In this document: piece after piece, positions 46,722-56,413 of the stretch
Numbering within the stretch: position 1 is the stretch's first letter
How the letters are laid out: the number at the start of each line of letters is the position of its first letter
Source of the DNA: a bacterium
GTDB taxonomy: Bacteria > Vulcanimicrobiota > JABDET01
Assembly: GCA_021817145.1 (NCBI GenBank)
Contig: JAKAVV010000001.1
Coordinates: 151,279-215,278 of the forward strand
Length of the DNA stretch: 64,000 bases
Direction: 5' to 3'
Notes under the pieces: generated by a model
Database searches by the model: none
What the model saw: the letters and a program-made list of their open reading frames with translations, nothing else
Told to the model about the DNA's origin: nothing
Made by a program: the position numbers and the translations under genes

Positions 46722-48158
46722 ATGGAAATTCGAGTAAGTTCAGGTTCAGGATTAAAAGGGACAGCAGCGGCCCAAACTTCAACCATTGATCCAACTCAAA
46801 TTCAAGGTTCATCAGGAATTCCGCCAGCAGGGGCTGTTTATGTCGGACTTTCTCCCCAGGATCAAGTTTCAATTTATCATGGAACAGTTGCTGGAGATAC
46901 AGATGCAGCCCCTTCAGCTCAAGAGCTTTTGAAAGCTGCTCCTGACACAGGAGGGTTATCCAATGCTGACTATATTTATAATCAGATTTCAAAATTAAAT
47001 GGAGGAGCCCAGCTCCCTGTTTTTACGGATCCGAATGGAAATCAGGTTAAATCTTTAATTTATGTTTCAGGCAGCAGTCAGGGACCTTATGGAGCTTTTC
47101 ATATTGATGATGCTGGGCAGGTTGGTTTTGATAAAATCGTGGTGGACAGTTTAGATGCAGCAGGAAATTATTCTACGGGATCAGGGCTTTCCAGCGCAAT
47201 TAAACCGATCTCAAACAATTCTGGAATGGTGTATGATGGACCAAATGGGCTATTTAAAGCAACCATGGCAAAAGATCCCAGTATTCAATCTGCCACAACA
47301 GCCCAACTGCTTCAAGCGATTGCTTCCCAGGAACAGTCAGGGAGAGCTTTAATGAGTTATTTGACAACAGGAAATCCTTCTGCTCCTCCGACCAGGTTGA
47401 CAGGTGTTGTGAATGATTCTGCTTTGACAAAAACCCAGCTTGCTCAAAAATTAACTGGACTGAATAAAAGCGTTCAAGCTCTGATGCAAACAGTTGCAGC
47501 ATCAACTCCTGGAAGACAGTACCTTTCAACTGCTCTGTTTGCCGCTGAACTAACAGAAAGTTTCGAACAGCTTGGCAGCTATGCCAATGCTGGTCAAACC
47601 GATGGTGAAGCATTAAGCCGCTGGACTGCTTTCAGCCTTGCTCCTGAAATTGCTCTTGTCCCTGGATTTAACAGCGCTGTAACTCAGCAGTGGTGGCAGG
47701 ATGGGCATCCAGATTGGGTGAATAACAATTCTCAGAGCGATCAATCAACAGATGGAAATGCCGCAGGAGTAATGTTCCTCGGGTTTTTAAATCATTATCT
47801 TGGAATTCCTCTGGATCAGATCATTAAAAATATGCCGGTAACCCAGGGGGATAATGGGTCTCCTCTTGGACAAACCTACGTGAATTTGACGAAGCAGTAT
47901 CCTAAATTGGCTCAAGAAGTGGCTCAACTAGCAGGGAATAAAGCTGCTGGAACAACTGGTCAGGATGCTTTTAATGCCATGATCAATCTTTTAACGAAAA
48001 ATGCGCAGAACTCAAATGGGACTTTGAATCTTCCTGCTGATGGGGATCCCTATTTAAGCATGGCGGGAGCAGTGAATGGAGGGCTTTATGCAAGCGGTTC
48101 TAGTTCAGCCGGGGCGGGAGGCGCCTCTGCGAAAAGCCTAGTTTCTGTCATGGCATAA
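46722..48158 (+). CDS. Ala/Gly/Ser/Gln-rich hypothetical protein
   Basis: 478-aa ORF with AAGGAGG RBS and its own terminator; globular-looking core AAELTESFE...GEALSRW...PDWVN...FL.FL. Confidence 0.85.
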   Translation: MEIRVSSGSGLKGTAAAQTSTIDPTQIQGSSGIPPAGAVYVGLSPQDQVSIYHGTVAGDTDAAPSAQELLKAAPDTGGLSNADYIYNQISKLNGGAQLPVFTDPNGNQVKSLIYVSGSSQGPYGAFHIDDAGQVGFDKIVVDSLDAAGNYSTGSGLSSAIKPISNNSGMVYDGPNGLFKATMAKDPSIQSATTAQLLQAIASQEQSGRALMSYLTTGNPSAPPTRLTGVVNDSALTKTQLAQKLTGLNKSVQALMQTVAASTPGRQYLSTALFAAELTESFEQLGSYANAGQTDGEALSRWTAFSLAPEIALVPGFNSAVTQQWWQDGHPDWVNNNSQSDQSTDGNAAGVMFLGFLNHYLGIPLDQIIKNMPVTQGDNGSPLGQTYVNLTKQYPKLAQEVAQLAGNKAAGTTGQDAFNAMINLLTKNAQNSNGTLNLPADGDPYLSMAGAVNGGLYASGSSSAGAGGASAKSLVSVMA

Positions 48159-48177
48159 CTTTAAGTAAAATACGAGT

Positions 48178-48228
48178 TAGGTGCTCTAGCGAGTGTGTAA
48201 AAGCTTGCTAGAGCGCCTGAGGTTTTTT
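48178..48228 (+). terminator. Rho-independent terminator
   Basis: TAGGTGCTCTAGCGAGT...GCTTGCTAGAGCGCCTG stem followed by a T-tract. Confidence 0.75.
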
Positions 48229-48258
48229 CATTTTTTTTCATCTTTTTTACTGGAATGG

Positions 48259-50490
48259 TTAAAAAAATGCGTAAGTGTACTTCAGTTCGAATTTCTGATT
48301 TTCCTGGAGAGGGCTGGCGCCAGTTATTGATGAGACAAATTGAGGACCAAGGATATAAATAGCATAAAGGTGACTTTCTGTCCGAAATCTCCAGTCTAGA
48401 ATCGCGTCTTCGGATCCTGGATGAGGGGCTGTTGAATCGTTTTGATATTGAATTTGTAGATTTAAATAGCGTGAAAAGGCATAAGTTAAACTGTCTGTGT
48501 CTAAAATCAAGTGAATCTTTCCTACTCCCAATTGAAGGGCTTGATCACTGTGAGAGTAGTTGGCTGAAAGATGGATCCCAGGGTTTAGACTTATGGTGTA
48601 ATTGATCCCATGCTCTTTTCCTGTAAAGGTTCTTCCCCAATAATAACTTAAAAAATATGAAAAAAGAGAGGTTGGATTAGAACTGTAAGAAACAACATGT
48701 TCCTGAGTCGTATATCCCCCTGCTGGAACTGTAAGATTTGGGATCGGCTGGAAAGAGGAGAAAAGGTTCCAGTTTGTTTTATCATAAGGCTGGATATAAA
48801 GAAAAGAGCCATTATTAAAAAGAATGGTCATCTGATAATGAAATTCAGACAAAAAAGGTTCCCCTTGAATCAGATTGACTCGTAAAAGTTCATCAAAAAA
48901 ATTGATATGTCGAATATCAAAAATTCGAGGCCTAAGAGTAAAACTTTCATTGAGATCCGTGGTATTGTCATCCGAAAATTTCCGAAATCCCAGTTCAGGA
49001 TTAAAATTTGGTTCTTGATCTTCTTGAAGAAAAGAGGCATTAACCCAATTGTTTTGATAACTTGCTCCAAATAACCCTCCCCAATTGTTTCCTTTTAACC
49101 CTGGAGTATTTGTTTCAGCAAAAAAACCTCCAATCCCAAAATGGGAATTCAAAAAATTTAGATTGTAGTCAGTTCCATAAGTGTCATTATTTAATAAAGA
49201 GTCCCCTGGAACATCTTTTTGTATTCCGATAAATCCAATGTAGGATCCGGATGAAAACCTTTGTTTCAGTCGTTCCACACCATAATTGATCGGGGGTGTT
49301 AGAGGAGTGGCATCCTGCCTAACCGCTAACATTCCAATATCTTCATTCCCAATTGAACCATCTACTTTTAATCCCCCTTCAAGAGGAACAACAGCCCCTG
49401 TGGCTGGATCAATTCCAATATTTCTGCTGAAAAATAACTGATTCAACCCTGAAAATCCAGCATTAAAGATATCTTCTCTTTCCAGAAAAAAAGAGCGGTC
49501 TTCTGGCAGATAAAGAGGGATTGGAGAGAAATTAATCTGCTCTAAATCAGCGGGAGTTTGCGAAAAATCAGGGTTGACTGCCGCTCTTCCCATGATTCCA
49601 CTGGTAATCCCAAATTTATAATCAAATCCAGAGGTTCCATACAGTCCATAAGGCTCAGGAAGGTTCTTCTGATACGCGCCTGAAACGTACGGTTCAAATA
49701 ACTGAAGTTTTGTGGATTTGATCCCGTGAAAAGGACCGATTGTTCCTGCTTTTGAAAGAGTATAAATCCCGTAAATCCTCTGCCAGGCTGTCCATACATC
49801 CACTTCTTGTTTTCTGCGGATATCTCTTTGAAAATTGATCCTCCAGATGGCATGTTTGCTGCTGAAGTTTAGAGTTGAAAAAGGGATCGCGATTTCAGCA
49901 GTCCAACCTGTTTTAACGATTTTTGCTCTGGAATGCCAGATCCCATTCCAGGCAGTATCTACCAGTCCCCCTTCTTCTCCAACAAGGGCATCCAGTTTTG
50001 TTCCTAATGGATTGACCGCGAAAAAATATCCGTTCTGACCGCTGTCCGTTGGATCAATGATAACAAGAAACTGATCATCAGTTCCTTGATTTCCATCTCT
50101 GACCAACTGTTTCGCCAAAATTTTAGAGGGATGGGGATCATAGCAGTAGATCCCAAAATAAATCGCTTTTTTTGTATAAAGAATTCGAACTGTTGTTTTA
50201 AAAGTGGCAGGTTCCCCATTATCTGGGGAATATTGAATAAAATGAGTTACTAAAGCCCCTTTTTCCCATTCGGGATCAGTGAGAGTTCCTGTTAATCGAG
50301 GGGGGCGCTTTACATAAACAGGAATAATTCCATGAGCAGGGATGACTGTTTGAGCAGGGATGAGGGATCTTGGGGCTGCATAAGATTTTACAGGCATGAA
50401 TCCAAGTAAAAAAAAGATAAGAATCCAAGCAGCTCTGTATTGAAAACCACTCCAAGCGCGCTGTTTCGGTGTTGTGAAGGAGTCAAACAT
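48259..50490 (-). CDS. CBM9-like/DUF5916-type outer-membrane protein
   Basis: GWTAEIAIPFSTL, WRINFQR, NPDFSQ, EDRSFFLE and LFFSRNIG; aromatic C-terminus. Confidence 0.82.
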   Translation of the reverse strand: MFDSFTTPKQRAWSGFQYRAAWILIFFLLGFMPVKSYAAPRSLIPAQTVIPAHGIIPVYVKRPPRLTGTLTDPEWEKGALVTHFIQYSPDNGEPATFKTTVRILYTKKAIYFGIYCYDPHPSKILAKQLVRDGNQGTDDQFLVIIDPTDSGQNGYFFAVNPLGTKLDALVGEEGGLVDTAWNGIWHSRAKIVKTGWTAEIAIPFSTLNFSSKHAIWRINFQRDIRRKQEVDVWTAWQRIYGIYTLSKAGTIGPFHGIKSTKLQLFEPYVSGAYQKNLPEPYGLYGTSGFDYKFGITSGIMGRAAVNPDFSQTPADLEQINFSPIPLYLPEDRSFFLEREDIFNAGFSGLNQLFFSRNIGIDPATGAVVPLEGGLKVDGSIGNEDIGMLAVRQDATPLTPPINYGVERLKQRFSSGSYIGFIGIQKDVPGDSLLNNDTYGTDYNLNFLNSHFGIGGFFAETNTPGLKGNNWGGLFGASYQNNWVNASFLQEDQEPNFNPELGFRKFSDDNTTDLNESFTLRPRIFDIRHINFFDELLRVNLIQGEPFLSEFHYQMTILFNNGSFLYIQPYDKTNWNLFSSFQPIPNLTVPAGGYTTQEHVVSYSSNPTSLFSYFLSYYWGRTFTGKEHGINYTISLNPGIHLSANYSHSDQALQLGVGKIHLILDTDSLTYAFSRYLNLQIQYQNDSTAPHPGSEDAILDWRFRTESHLYAIYILGPQFVSSITGASPLQENQKFELKYTYAFF

Positions 50491-50995
50491 AAGGTTCTTT
50501 TTTCAGTTTTGCCTGTCCTGATTCGATTAAATTAGAAAGGACATCTACCAGAACATCCCGATCTCTGTCATGTTCCTCTAAAATACCATCGAACTGTTTT
50601 TCCGAGATGAGGAAAAAAGCTCCATATAAATATTGATCTCCTTGAACCTGACTTTTCCATATAATGTGTCCTGTAATAAGGGGGGATTCAATGGCATGAG
50701 AAACAAAAGGAGTAAAATCGAACAAAATGGTTGAGTCAGGCATAAGATCTATAGAGGTTTCCATTTGAAGACCTTCAAGACTGAAGTCGCTGATAACGCA
50801 TTCCTGCCATTTATCGCTTTCTTCAGAGTACCAAAAATTTAAAGGAATCTTTACAGAATAGCGGCGAAAACGCCTTTTCTCTCTGTCAGACCGTTCAGGA
50901 GTTTTCCTTGGAACTGAGTCCACTCTTCTTATTTTACCACGAATTTCATTCCCATTCAATGGTTCCAGGGGGTTTTGGGGTAATATCATAAACAA
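50483..50995 (-). CDS. PilZ-domain c-di-GMP receptor (true start probably nearer the guaA stop)
   Basis: RRFRR (RxxxR) and DFSLEG (DxSxxG) motifs. Confidence 0.8.
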   Translation of the reverse strand: MFMILPQNPLEPLNGNEIRGKIRRVDSVPRKTPERSDREKRRFRRYSVKIPLNFWYSEESDKWQECVISDFSLEGLQMETSIDLMPDSTILFDFTPFVSHAIESPLITGHIIWKSQVQGDQYLYGAFFLISEKQFDGILEEHDRDRDVLVDVLSNLIESGQAKLKKEPYV

Positions 50996-52481
50996 CCCGA
51001 TTAATTCCTTTTACTTCACTAATGATTCTGCTTGAAATTTGATTTAACACTTTCCAGGGCAGAGGAGCAGAAGAAGCAGTCATTCCATCTTGAGAGTGAA
51101 CCGCTCGAATGGCTGCCACTTGTTCATAAGTCCTCTTATCTCCCATCACACCAACTGTTTTTAAAGGGAGGAGAACAGCAAAATACTGCCAAAGCTTCCC
51201 TGCTTCTTTCGTTTTTTCTATCTCTTCCTGCACAATTAAATCCGCTTTTCGTAAAAGGGAGAGCCGTTTTTCATCAACTGCGCCTAAAATACGGACAGCC
51301 AGCCCAGGTCCAGGGAAAGGCTGCCTTTTTAAAATTTTGTCTGGCAGCCCTAATGTTTTTCCGATTTCTCTGACTTCATCTTTAAAAAGATACCGCAGAG
51401 GTTCAATGAGTTCTAGTTTCATATTTTTAGGGAGCCCTCCAACATTATGGTGGGTTTTAATTTTAGCGGAAAGCTTGTTCTTGCCAACAGAGCTTTCAAT
51501 AACATCAGGGTAAAGCGTCCCCTGCGCCAAAAATTTCACGTTTAAGGATTTTGCTTTTTTTTCAAAAAGTTGAATAAAAGTTCTGCCGATGATTTTTCTT
51601 TTTTTTTCAGGATCTTCCACATTTTTGAGCTCTTTTAAAAAAAATTCAGCTGAATTTGAGACGTGAAAACTCATCGGGAAATGAGAAAGAATCTCTATTA
51701 CATCCTGTTTTTCATTTTCTCTTAAAAGCCCTGTGTCCACAAAAACAGAGTGAAGGTTTTTCCCAACCGCTTTTGCGGTTAAAAGAGCGGCAACTGTTGA
51801 ATCAATTCCTCCTGAAACTCCGCAGATTACTTTCTCTTCTTTGACTTGTTCTTGGATCTGCTGAATTGAATCTTGTATAAAGGAGTTTAAATTCCATGAA
51901 AATTGGCAATTGCAGATCTTTAAAAAGTTTTTTAAAAGAGTTTTCCCAAAAAGGGTATGGGTTACTTCAGGATGGAACTGCACCCCATAAATTTTTTTCT
52001 CGTCATTTCCTACAGCAGAAATCAATCCTGATAAACTTCGAGCAAGGACATGAAATGGAGAAGGGATTTTTGACACTTCGTCCCCATGACTCATCCAGCA
52101 GGAAGATCCAGTTTTTATATTTTGAAACAAAGGGGAAGAATTTAGAATTTCAATTTGCGCTGGACCGTACTCTCTTTTGAGTGATGAGCGGACCTCTCCA
52201 TTAAACTCTTTTGCCAAGAGCTGCATCCCATAACAGATTCCAAGAACAGGGAGGTTTTGTTTTAAAATCCAATCAGGAAGTTGGGGCGCATCTTTGTCAT
52301 AGACACTGGCAGGACCCCCGCTTAAAACGATCCCTTTGGGTTTAAGAGATAAAACTTTTGTTAATGCTGTGTCAGGAGGGAGAAGTTCTGTATAAACTCC
52401 GAGTTCTCGAATTCTTCTGCAAATCAATTGGTTGTACTGCGACCCGTAATCCAGGACTAGAATGGTTTCCCTGCTGTTCAT
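50946..52481 (-). CDS. guaA: GMP synthase (glutamine-hydrolysing)
   Basis: DYGSQY, GICYGMQ, QFHPEV, SGGIDS and KPPGTIEWE; start set by the ATGA overlap at 52478-52481. Confidence 0.97.
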   Translation of the reverse strand: MNSRETILVLDYGSQYNQLICRRIRELGVYTELLPPDTALTKVLSLKPKGIVLSGGPASVYDKDAPQLPDWILKQNLPVLGICYGMQLLAKEFNGEVRSSLKREYGPAQIEILNSSPLFQNIKTGSSCWMSHGDEVSKIPSPFHVLARSLSGLISAVGNDEKKIYGVQFHPEVTHTLFGKTLLKNFLKICNCQFSWNLNSFIQDSIQQIQEQVKEEKVICGVSGGIDSTVAALLTAKAVGKNLHSVFVDTGLLRENEKQDVIEILSHFPMSFHVSNSAEFFLKELKNVEDPEKKRKIIGRTFIQLFEKKAKSLNVKFLAQGTLYPDVIESSVGKNKLSAKIKTHHNVGGLPKNMKLELIEPLRYLFKDEVREIGKTLGLPDKILKRQPFPGPGLAVRILGAVDEKRLSLLRKADLIVQEEIEKTKEAGKLWQYFAVLLPLKTVGVMGDKRTYEQVAAIRAVHSQDGMTASSAPLPWKVLNQISSRIISEVKGINRVVYDITPKPPGTIEWE

Positions 52482-53728
52482 TGGTTCAATTTTAAAAATT
52501 GCAGAACGCTTTCCCAAACATCATGAGCATGGGAGCCTAGATGAGGGGTGTGGTCAGTTTTGCTGTATAAAGTCAGTTTATAAGGAGTTTGGAAGCTTTT
52601 CAATTCTCGTATTAAATCTTGGATTTTTGAGACAGGAATCAGGGAATCAGAATCTCCCAGAAATAGGGATAAGGGGGAGTGAAATCGATCCAGATATTGT
52701 AATGGGGAGCGTTTCCGATAAGGGTCAGGAGTTTGATCCGCTAAGGCTCCAATGAAAAGAATAAGGCTGACCATTTGCCAGGTCTGCGCTCTGTCTTTTG
52801 ATTTTTGCAGGAAGTTCCAGTAAGCCATGAAATCCAGAATGCAGGGGAGAAGAATAAGCCCTTTTGTTTTTATCTGGGCTGCAGCAATAAAATTCGCAGT
52901 CCCTCCTTCCCCTTCTCCAAGAAGAAAGAGAGCTTCTGGATCACTGTGCCCTTGGCCTGTCAGATATTGAACTGCAGATAAAATATCTTTTACTTCTCCT
53001 AAAGAAAACTCAGGAACCCCATCTGATAATCCCTGCCCCCGAAATTCTGGCGCAAATGCAGTGAATCCGTTTTGCGCCAGTGAAATACAAGAAGCCAGGC
53101 TGAAAGGGGTAAATCCCCAAAACCCGCTGTGCCCAATGATAACAGTGGAAAGATGAGTTTTGTTTAAGGGCACAGCTAAAAAACCTCGAATATTAAATCC
53201 GTCAGATTGATATTGAACCATTTCGATTTTAATTTCATTTTCCTCTTTAGCAGTTAAAACAGGGCAGGGGATTGGACCAATTGGGGAGAGCGCTTCACTT
53301 AAGACCTCTAAAATAAGTTTTGCTGTTTCTGGAGAGGTTTGTTTTAAAGAAACAGCTTGATTGAGGAGAAGTGTTTCACCTTCAACAGGCTGGTTTTTAT
53401 TTTGTTTTATTTTCATCCCTTTTTGACACGATTCTTCTAGTTCTTCAATCGTTTTACTTTTTTCAGGGAGAGGGGGGGAGCTCTTCCACTGTGTGAGTGT
53501 TTCTTCCAGTTCATCAAATCGGATCCCAAACCCTGGAGGTTTGAGCAGTTTTAAGATTTTATGGCGTACTGAAAAAAGATCTTTTTTATTCTCTGCGGAT
53601 AAGTTGGGTGTCCAGGATCTGCTGTATTCCTGCCACAGCGGAATAAAACTCAAGAGCAGTTTTCGTTCTTGTTCTGTTAAAAGTGCAGATGTAAAAGTAA
53701 GAGTGGGCTCGGCAGACAGTCGAATCAT
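52478..53728 (-). CDS. S9-like alpha/beta hydrolase-fold protein with N-terminal extension; nucleophile Ser absent
   Basis: YQSDGFNIRG, FRGQGLSDG, GEGEGG elbow, GDSD and DH. Confidence 0.75.
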   Translation of the reverse strand: MIRLSAEPTLTFTSALLTEQERKLLLSFIPLWQEYSRSWTPNLSAENKKDLFSVRHKILKLLKPPGFGIRFDELEETLTQWKSSPPLPEKSKTIEELEESCQKGMKIKQNKNQPVEGETLLLNQAVSLKQTSPETAKLILEVLSEALSPIGPIPCPVLTAKEENEIKIEMVQYQSDGFNIRGFLAVPLNKTHLSTVIIGHSGFWGFTPFSLASCISLAQNGFTAFAPEFRGQGLSDGVPEFSLGEVKDILSAVQYLTGQGHSDPEALFLLGEGEGGTANFIAAAQIKTKGLILLPCILDFMAYWNFLQKSKDRAQTWQMVSLILFIGALADQTPDPYRKRSPLQYLDRFHSPLSLFLGDSDSLIPVSKIQDLIRELKSFQTPYKLTLYSKTDHTPHLGSHAHDVWESVLQFLKLNQ

Positions 53729-54435
53729 AATTTATTTTTCTTGCAGGCATCAGTAAACCCTTTAAAAAGAAGGAGAAAATTTGATAAAATCTCCCGGGCT
53801 TCAGGATGCCACTGAACGCCTACGATCCACTGAGATTTTTGATATTCGACCCCTTCTATAATTCCATCTTCTGAGAGCGCTGTGACAATTAAATTTGGAG
53901 CCAATTCTTTCACTGCCTGGTGGTGTCTTGAATTAACTTCTATTTCTTCGCCGCAGCAGCGGCTTAAAAGAGAATCGGGTCTAATTTTTACTTGATGGCG
54001 AACCCTTCTTTTCTCTTCTCGAGTTAAGTGGTTTTGATTTTTATGGGAGAGATGGAGCCCCTCTTTTATTTGGGTTTCTAAATCCTGATACAGGGTTCCT
54101 TTTAAAGCCACATTTAATATTTGAATTCCTCTGCAAATAGCGAGGATAGGTTTTTTTGAAGATAAAAAATCCTGGATGGTTTGAAATTCAAAGTGATCCC
54201 TTTGTTCATCCGGTTCATCGCAGAAATCCTCTTTTTTCTCCCCATAAAATTTTGGGTGAACGTCCCCTCCTCCTGTTAGAAGCAGTCCATCTGTTTCAAT
54301 TAAATGGTCGGAAGTGAAATTGTCTCCAGGGCGAAAGACAATCGGGTTTCCACCTGCTTTTGAAATCGCTTCAATATACTCTTCATCAGAAGGTTTTTTC
54401 AATTGGCCTAAAAGGACTGCGATGTTTGGATTCAT
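53725..54435 (-). CDS. Peptidase C26 / gamma-glutamyl-gamma-aminobutyrate hydrolase family (PuuD-like)
   Basis: LTGGGDV, AICRGIQ, VNSRHHQ and GVQWHPE. Confidence 0.92.
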   Translation of the reverse strand: MNPNIAVLLGQLKKPSDEEYIEAISKAGGNPIVFRPGDNFTSDHLIETDGLLLTGGGDVHPKFYGEKKEDFCDEPDEQRDHFEFQTIQDFLSSKKPILAICRGIQILNVALKGTLYQDLETQIKEGLHLSHKNQNHLTREEKRRVRHQVKIRPDSLLSRCCGEEIEVNSRHHQAVKELAPNLIVTALSEDGIIEGVEYQKSQWIVGVQWHPEAREILSNFLLLFKGFTDACKKNKL

Positions 54436-54449
54436 GGTATGCCCTCTTA

Positions 54450-55418
54450 TTAGACTCGGATACAGGCGACTTTATGTCCTGGTTCAATGGTTCTAAGTTC
54501 TGGAACCGCTTCTCTGCATTTTTCAATGGCAAGTGGGCAGCGAGTGTTAAAAGGGCAGCCAGGGGGTGGATGAATAGGGGAGGGAATATCCCCCTGCAGA
54601 ATGATTCTCTGTCTCTGCTTTTGAATTTCCGGATCTGGAATCGGAATAGCGCTCATTAAAGCTTTTGTGTAAGGGTGAAGAGGATTGTTATAGAGCTGAT
54701 TTTTTTCAGCGAATTCCATGAATCTTCCAAGATACATGACAGCCACATGATTAGAGATATGTTTGACAACAGAAAGGTCGTGCGAAATAAAGAGATAGGT
54801 TAGTCTAAATTTTTCTTGAAGCTCCTGCATCAGATTGATGACCTGAGCTTGAATCGAAACATCCAGCGCGCTGACCGGTTCATCTGCTACAATAAGTTTG
54901 GGTTGAACAGCTAAAGCTCTTGCAATTCCGATTCTCTGCCTCTGCCCTCCGCTGAATTCATGAGGATAACGGTTTGCCTGGTTGGCATTTAATCCTACCA
55001 CCTTTAGGAGCTCTTTAACTCTCTCCTGGCTCCCTTTCCCATTGGTTAAATGATGGAGTTTTAAGGGTTCTGCGATAATTCTCCCTATGGTCATTCTAGG
55101 ATTCAAAGAAGCATAAGGATCTTGAAAAATGATCTGCATCTTTTTTCTGAGGGAGCGAAGAACTTTGTGGCTGGCTTTAAAAACATCAACTCCATCAAAA
55201 ATGACTTCTCCATCTGTCGGTTCATTTAATCTTAAAATAACTCTTCCAAGGGTTGATTTACCAGAGCCGGATTCCCCTACAATTCCCAGGGTTTCCCCTT
55301 CCTGAACTTCAAAACTGACGTCATCCACTGCCCGCACATTTCCTGTGACTTTTGAAAAGATAAGCCCAGAAGTGATGGGAAAATACTTTTTTAAATGATT
55401 GACAACCAATAGACTCAT
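54450..55418 (-). CDS. oppF: Oligopeptide ABC transporter ATPase
   Basis: GESGSGKS, FSGGQRQR, HPYT and C-terminal GCPF..RC...C. Confidence 0.92.
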   Translation of the reverse strand: MSLLVVNHLKKYFPITSGLIFSKVTGNVRAVDDVSFEVQEGETLGIVGESGSGKSTLGRVILRLNEPTDGEVIFDGVDVFKASHKVLRSLRKKMQIIFQDPYASLNPRMTIGRIIAEPLKLHHLTNGKGSQERVKELLKVVGLNANQANRYPHEFSGGQRQRIGIARALAVQPKLIVADEPVSALDVSIQAQVINLMQELQEKFRLTYLFISHDLSVVKHISNHVAVMYLGRFMEFAEKNQLYNNPLHPYTKALMSAIPIPDPEIQKQRQRIILQGDIPSPIHPPPGCPFNTRCPLAIEKCREAVPELRTIEPGHKVACIRV

Positions 55419-56407
55419 CTTTTTACCTGTGATTGAACCTCAACTTTTTCGGAAAGGATGCATCTTGCTTCATGGTTGGGTTCTACCATTTTCAGATCGG
55501 GTTCTGACTGCAGGCACTGCGGTATAACCAGTTTGCAGCGGGGGGCAAAAGTGCAGGAATTTGCTTTCTCTCGTAAAGTAGGTGGCTGTCCATCAATCGG
55601 GATTAATCGTCTGTCTTGGGTTTCATCCAGTCGTGGAAGAGAGGTTAAAAGTCCTGCTGTGTAAGGATGTTTTGGGCTTTTAAACAGAAGCCGAGATGGC
55701 GCTTTTTCAACCGCTCTTCCCGCATACATCACCATCACATCCTCACAAATATCAGCGACAATTCCTAAGTTGTGAGTAATCAGAATAATGCTGGTTTGAA
55801 ACTCTTTTTGGAGTTCTTTCATAAGATCTAAAATCTGGGCTTGAACTGTCACGTCCAGGGCGGTTGTAGGTTCATCCGCAATCAGCAGAGAAGGGCTGCA
55901 GGATAAAGCCATGGCAATCATAGCCCTTTGTCTCATTCCCCCGCTTAATTGATGCGGATAAGCTTGATACCGTTCAACAGGATTTGGAATTTTAACTTTT
56001 TCAAGCATTTGAATCGCTTCTATTTTTGCCATCTGTTTTCCTATCCTTTTGTGGATTTGAATCGCTTCAGAGATTTGGTCTCCAATGGTAAAAACAGGGT
56101 TTAAAGAAGTCATGGGATCCTGAAAAATAACAGAAATTTTTTTTCCTCGAATTTTGTGCATATCAGATTCTGAGAGGTCCAGAAGATTTTGATTTTCAAA
56201 AAGAATTTTTCCTGAAGCAACCTTTCCTGGGGGGGGGATCAATCTCATGGTGGCTAAAGCAGTCATTGATTTTCCGCACCCTGATTCCCCTACAATTCCA
56301 AGAGTCTTCCCTTTTTCAACTGAAAAGCTCAATCCATCCACTGCTCTGACAATCCCTTCATCTGTAAAAAACTGCACCTGTAAATCTTGAATCTCAAGAA
56401 GAGGCAT
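55415..56407 (-). CDS. oppD: Oligopeptide ABC transporter ATPase
   Basis: GESGCGKS, LSGGMRQR and DEPTTALDVTVQ. Confidence 0.92.
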   Translation of the reverse strand: MPLLEIQDLQVQFFTDEGIVRAVDGLSFSVEKGKTLGIVGESGCGKSMTALATMRLIPPPGKVASGKILFENQNLLDLSESDMHKIRGKKISVIFQDPMTSLNPVFTIGDQISEAIQIHKRIGKQMAKIEAIQMLEKVKIPNPVERYQAYPHQLSGGMRQRAMIAMALSCSPSLLIADEPTTALDVTVQAQILDLMKELQKEFQTSIILITHNLGIVADICEDVMVMYAGRAVEKAPSRLLFKSPKHPYTAGLLTSLPRLDETQDRRLIPIDGQPPTLREKANSCTFAPRCKLVIPQCLQSEPDLKMVEPNHEARCILSEKVEVQSQVKR

Positions 56408-56413
56408 CTTTTT

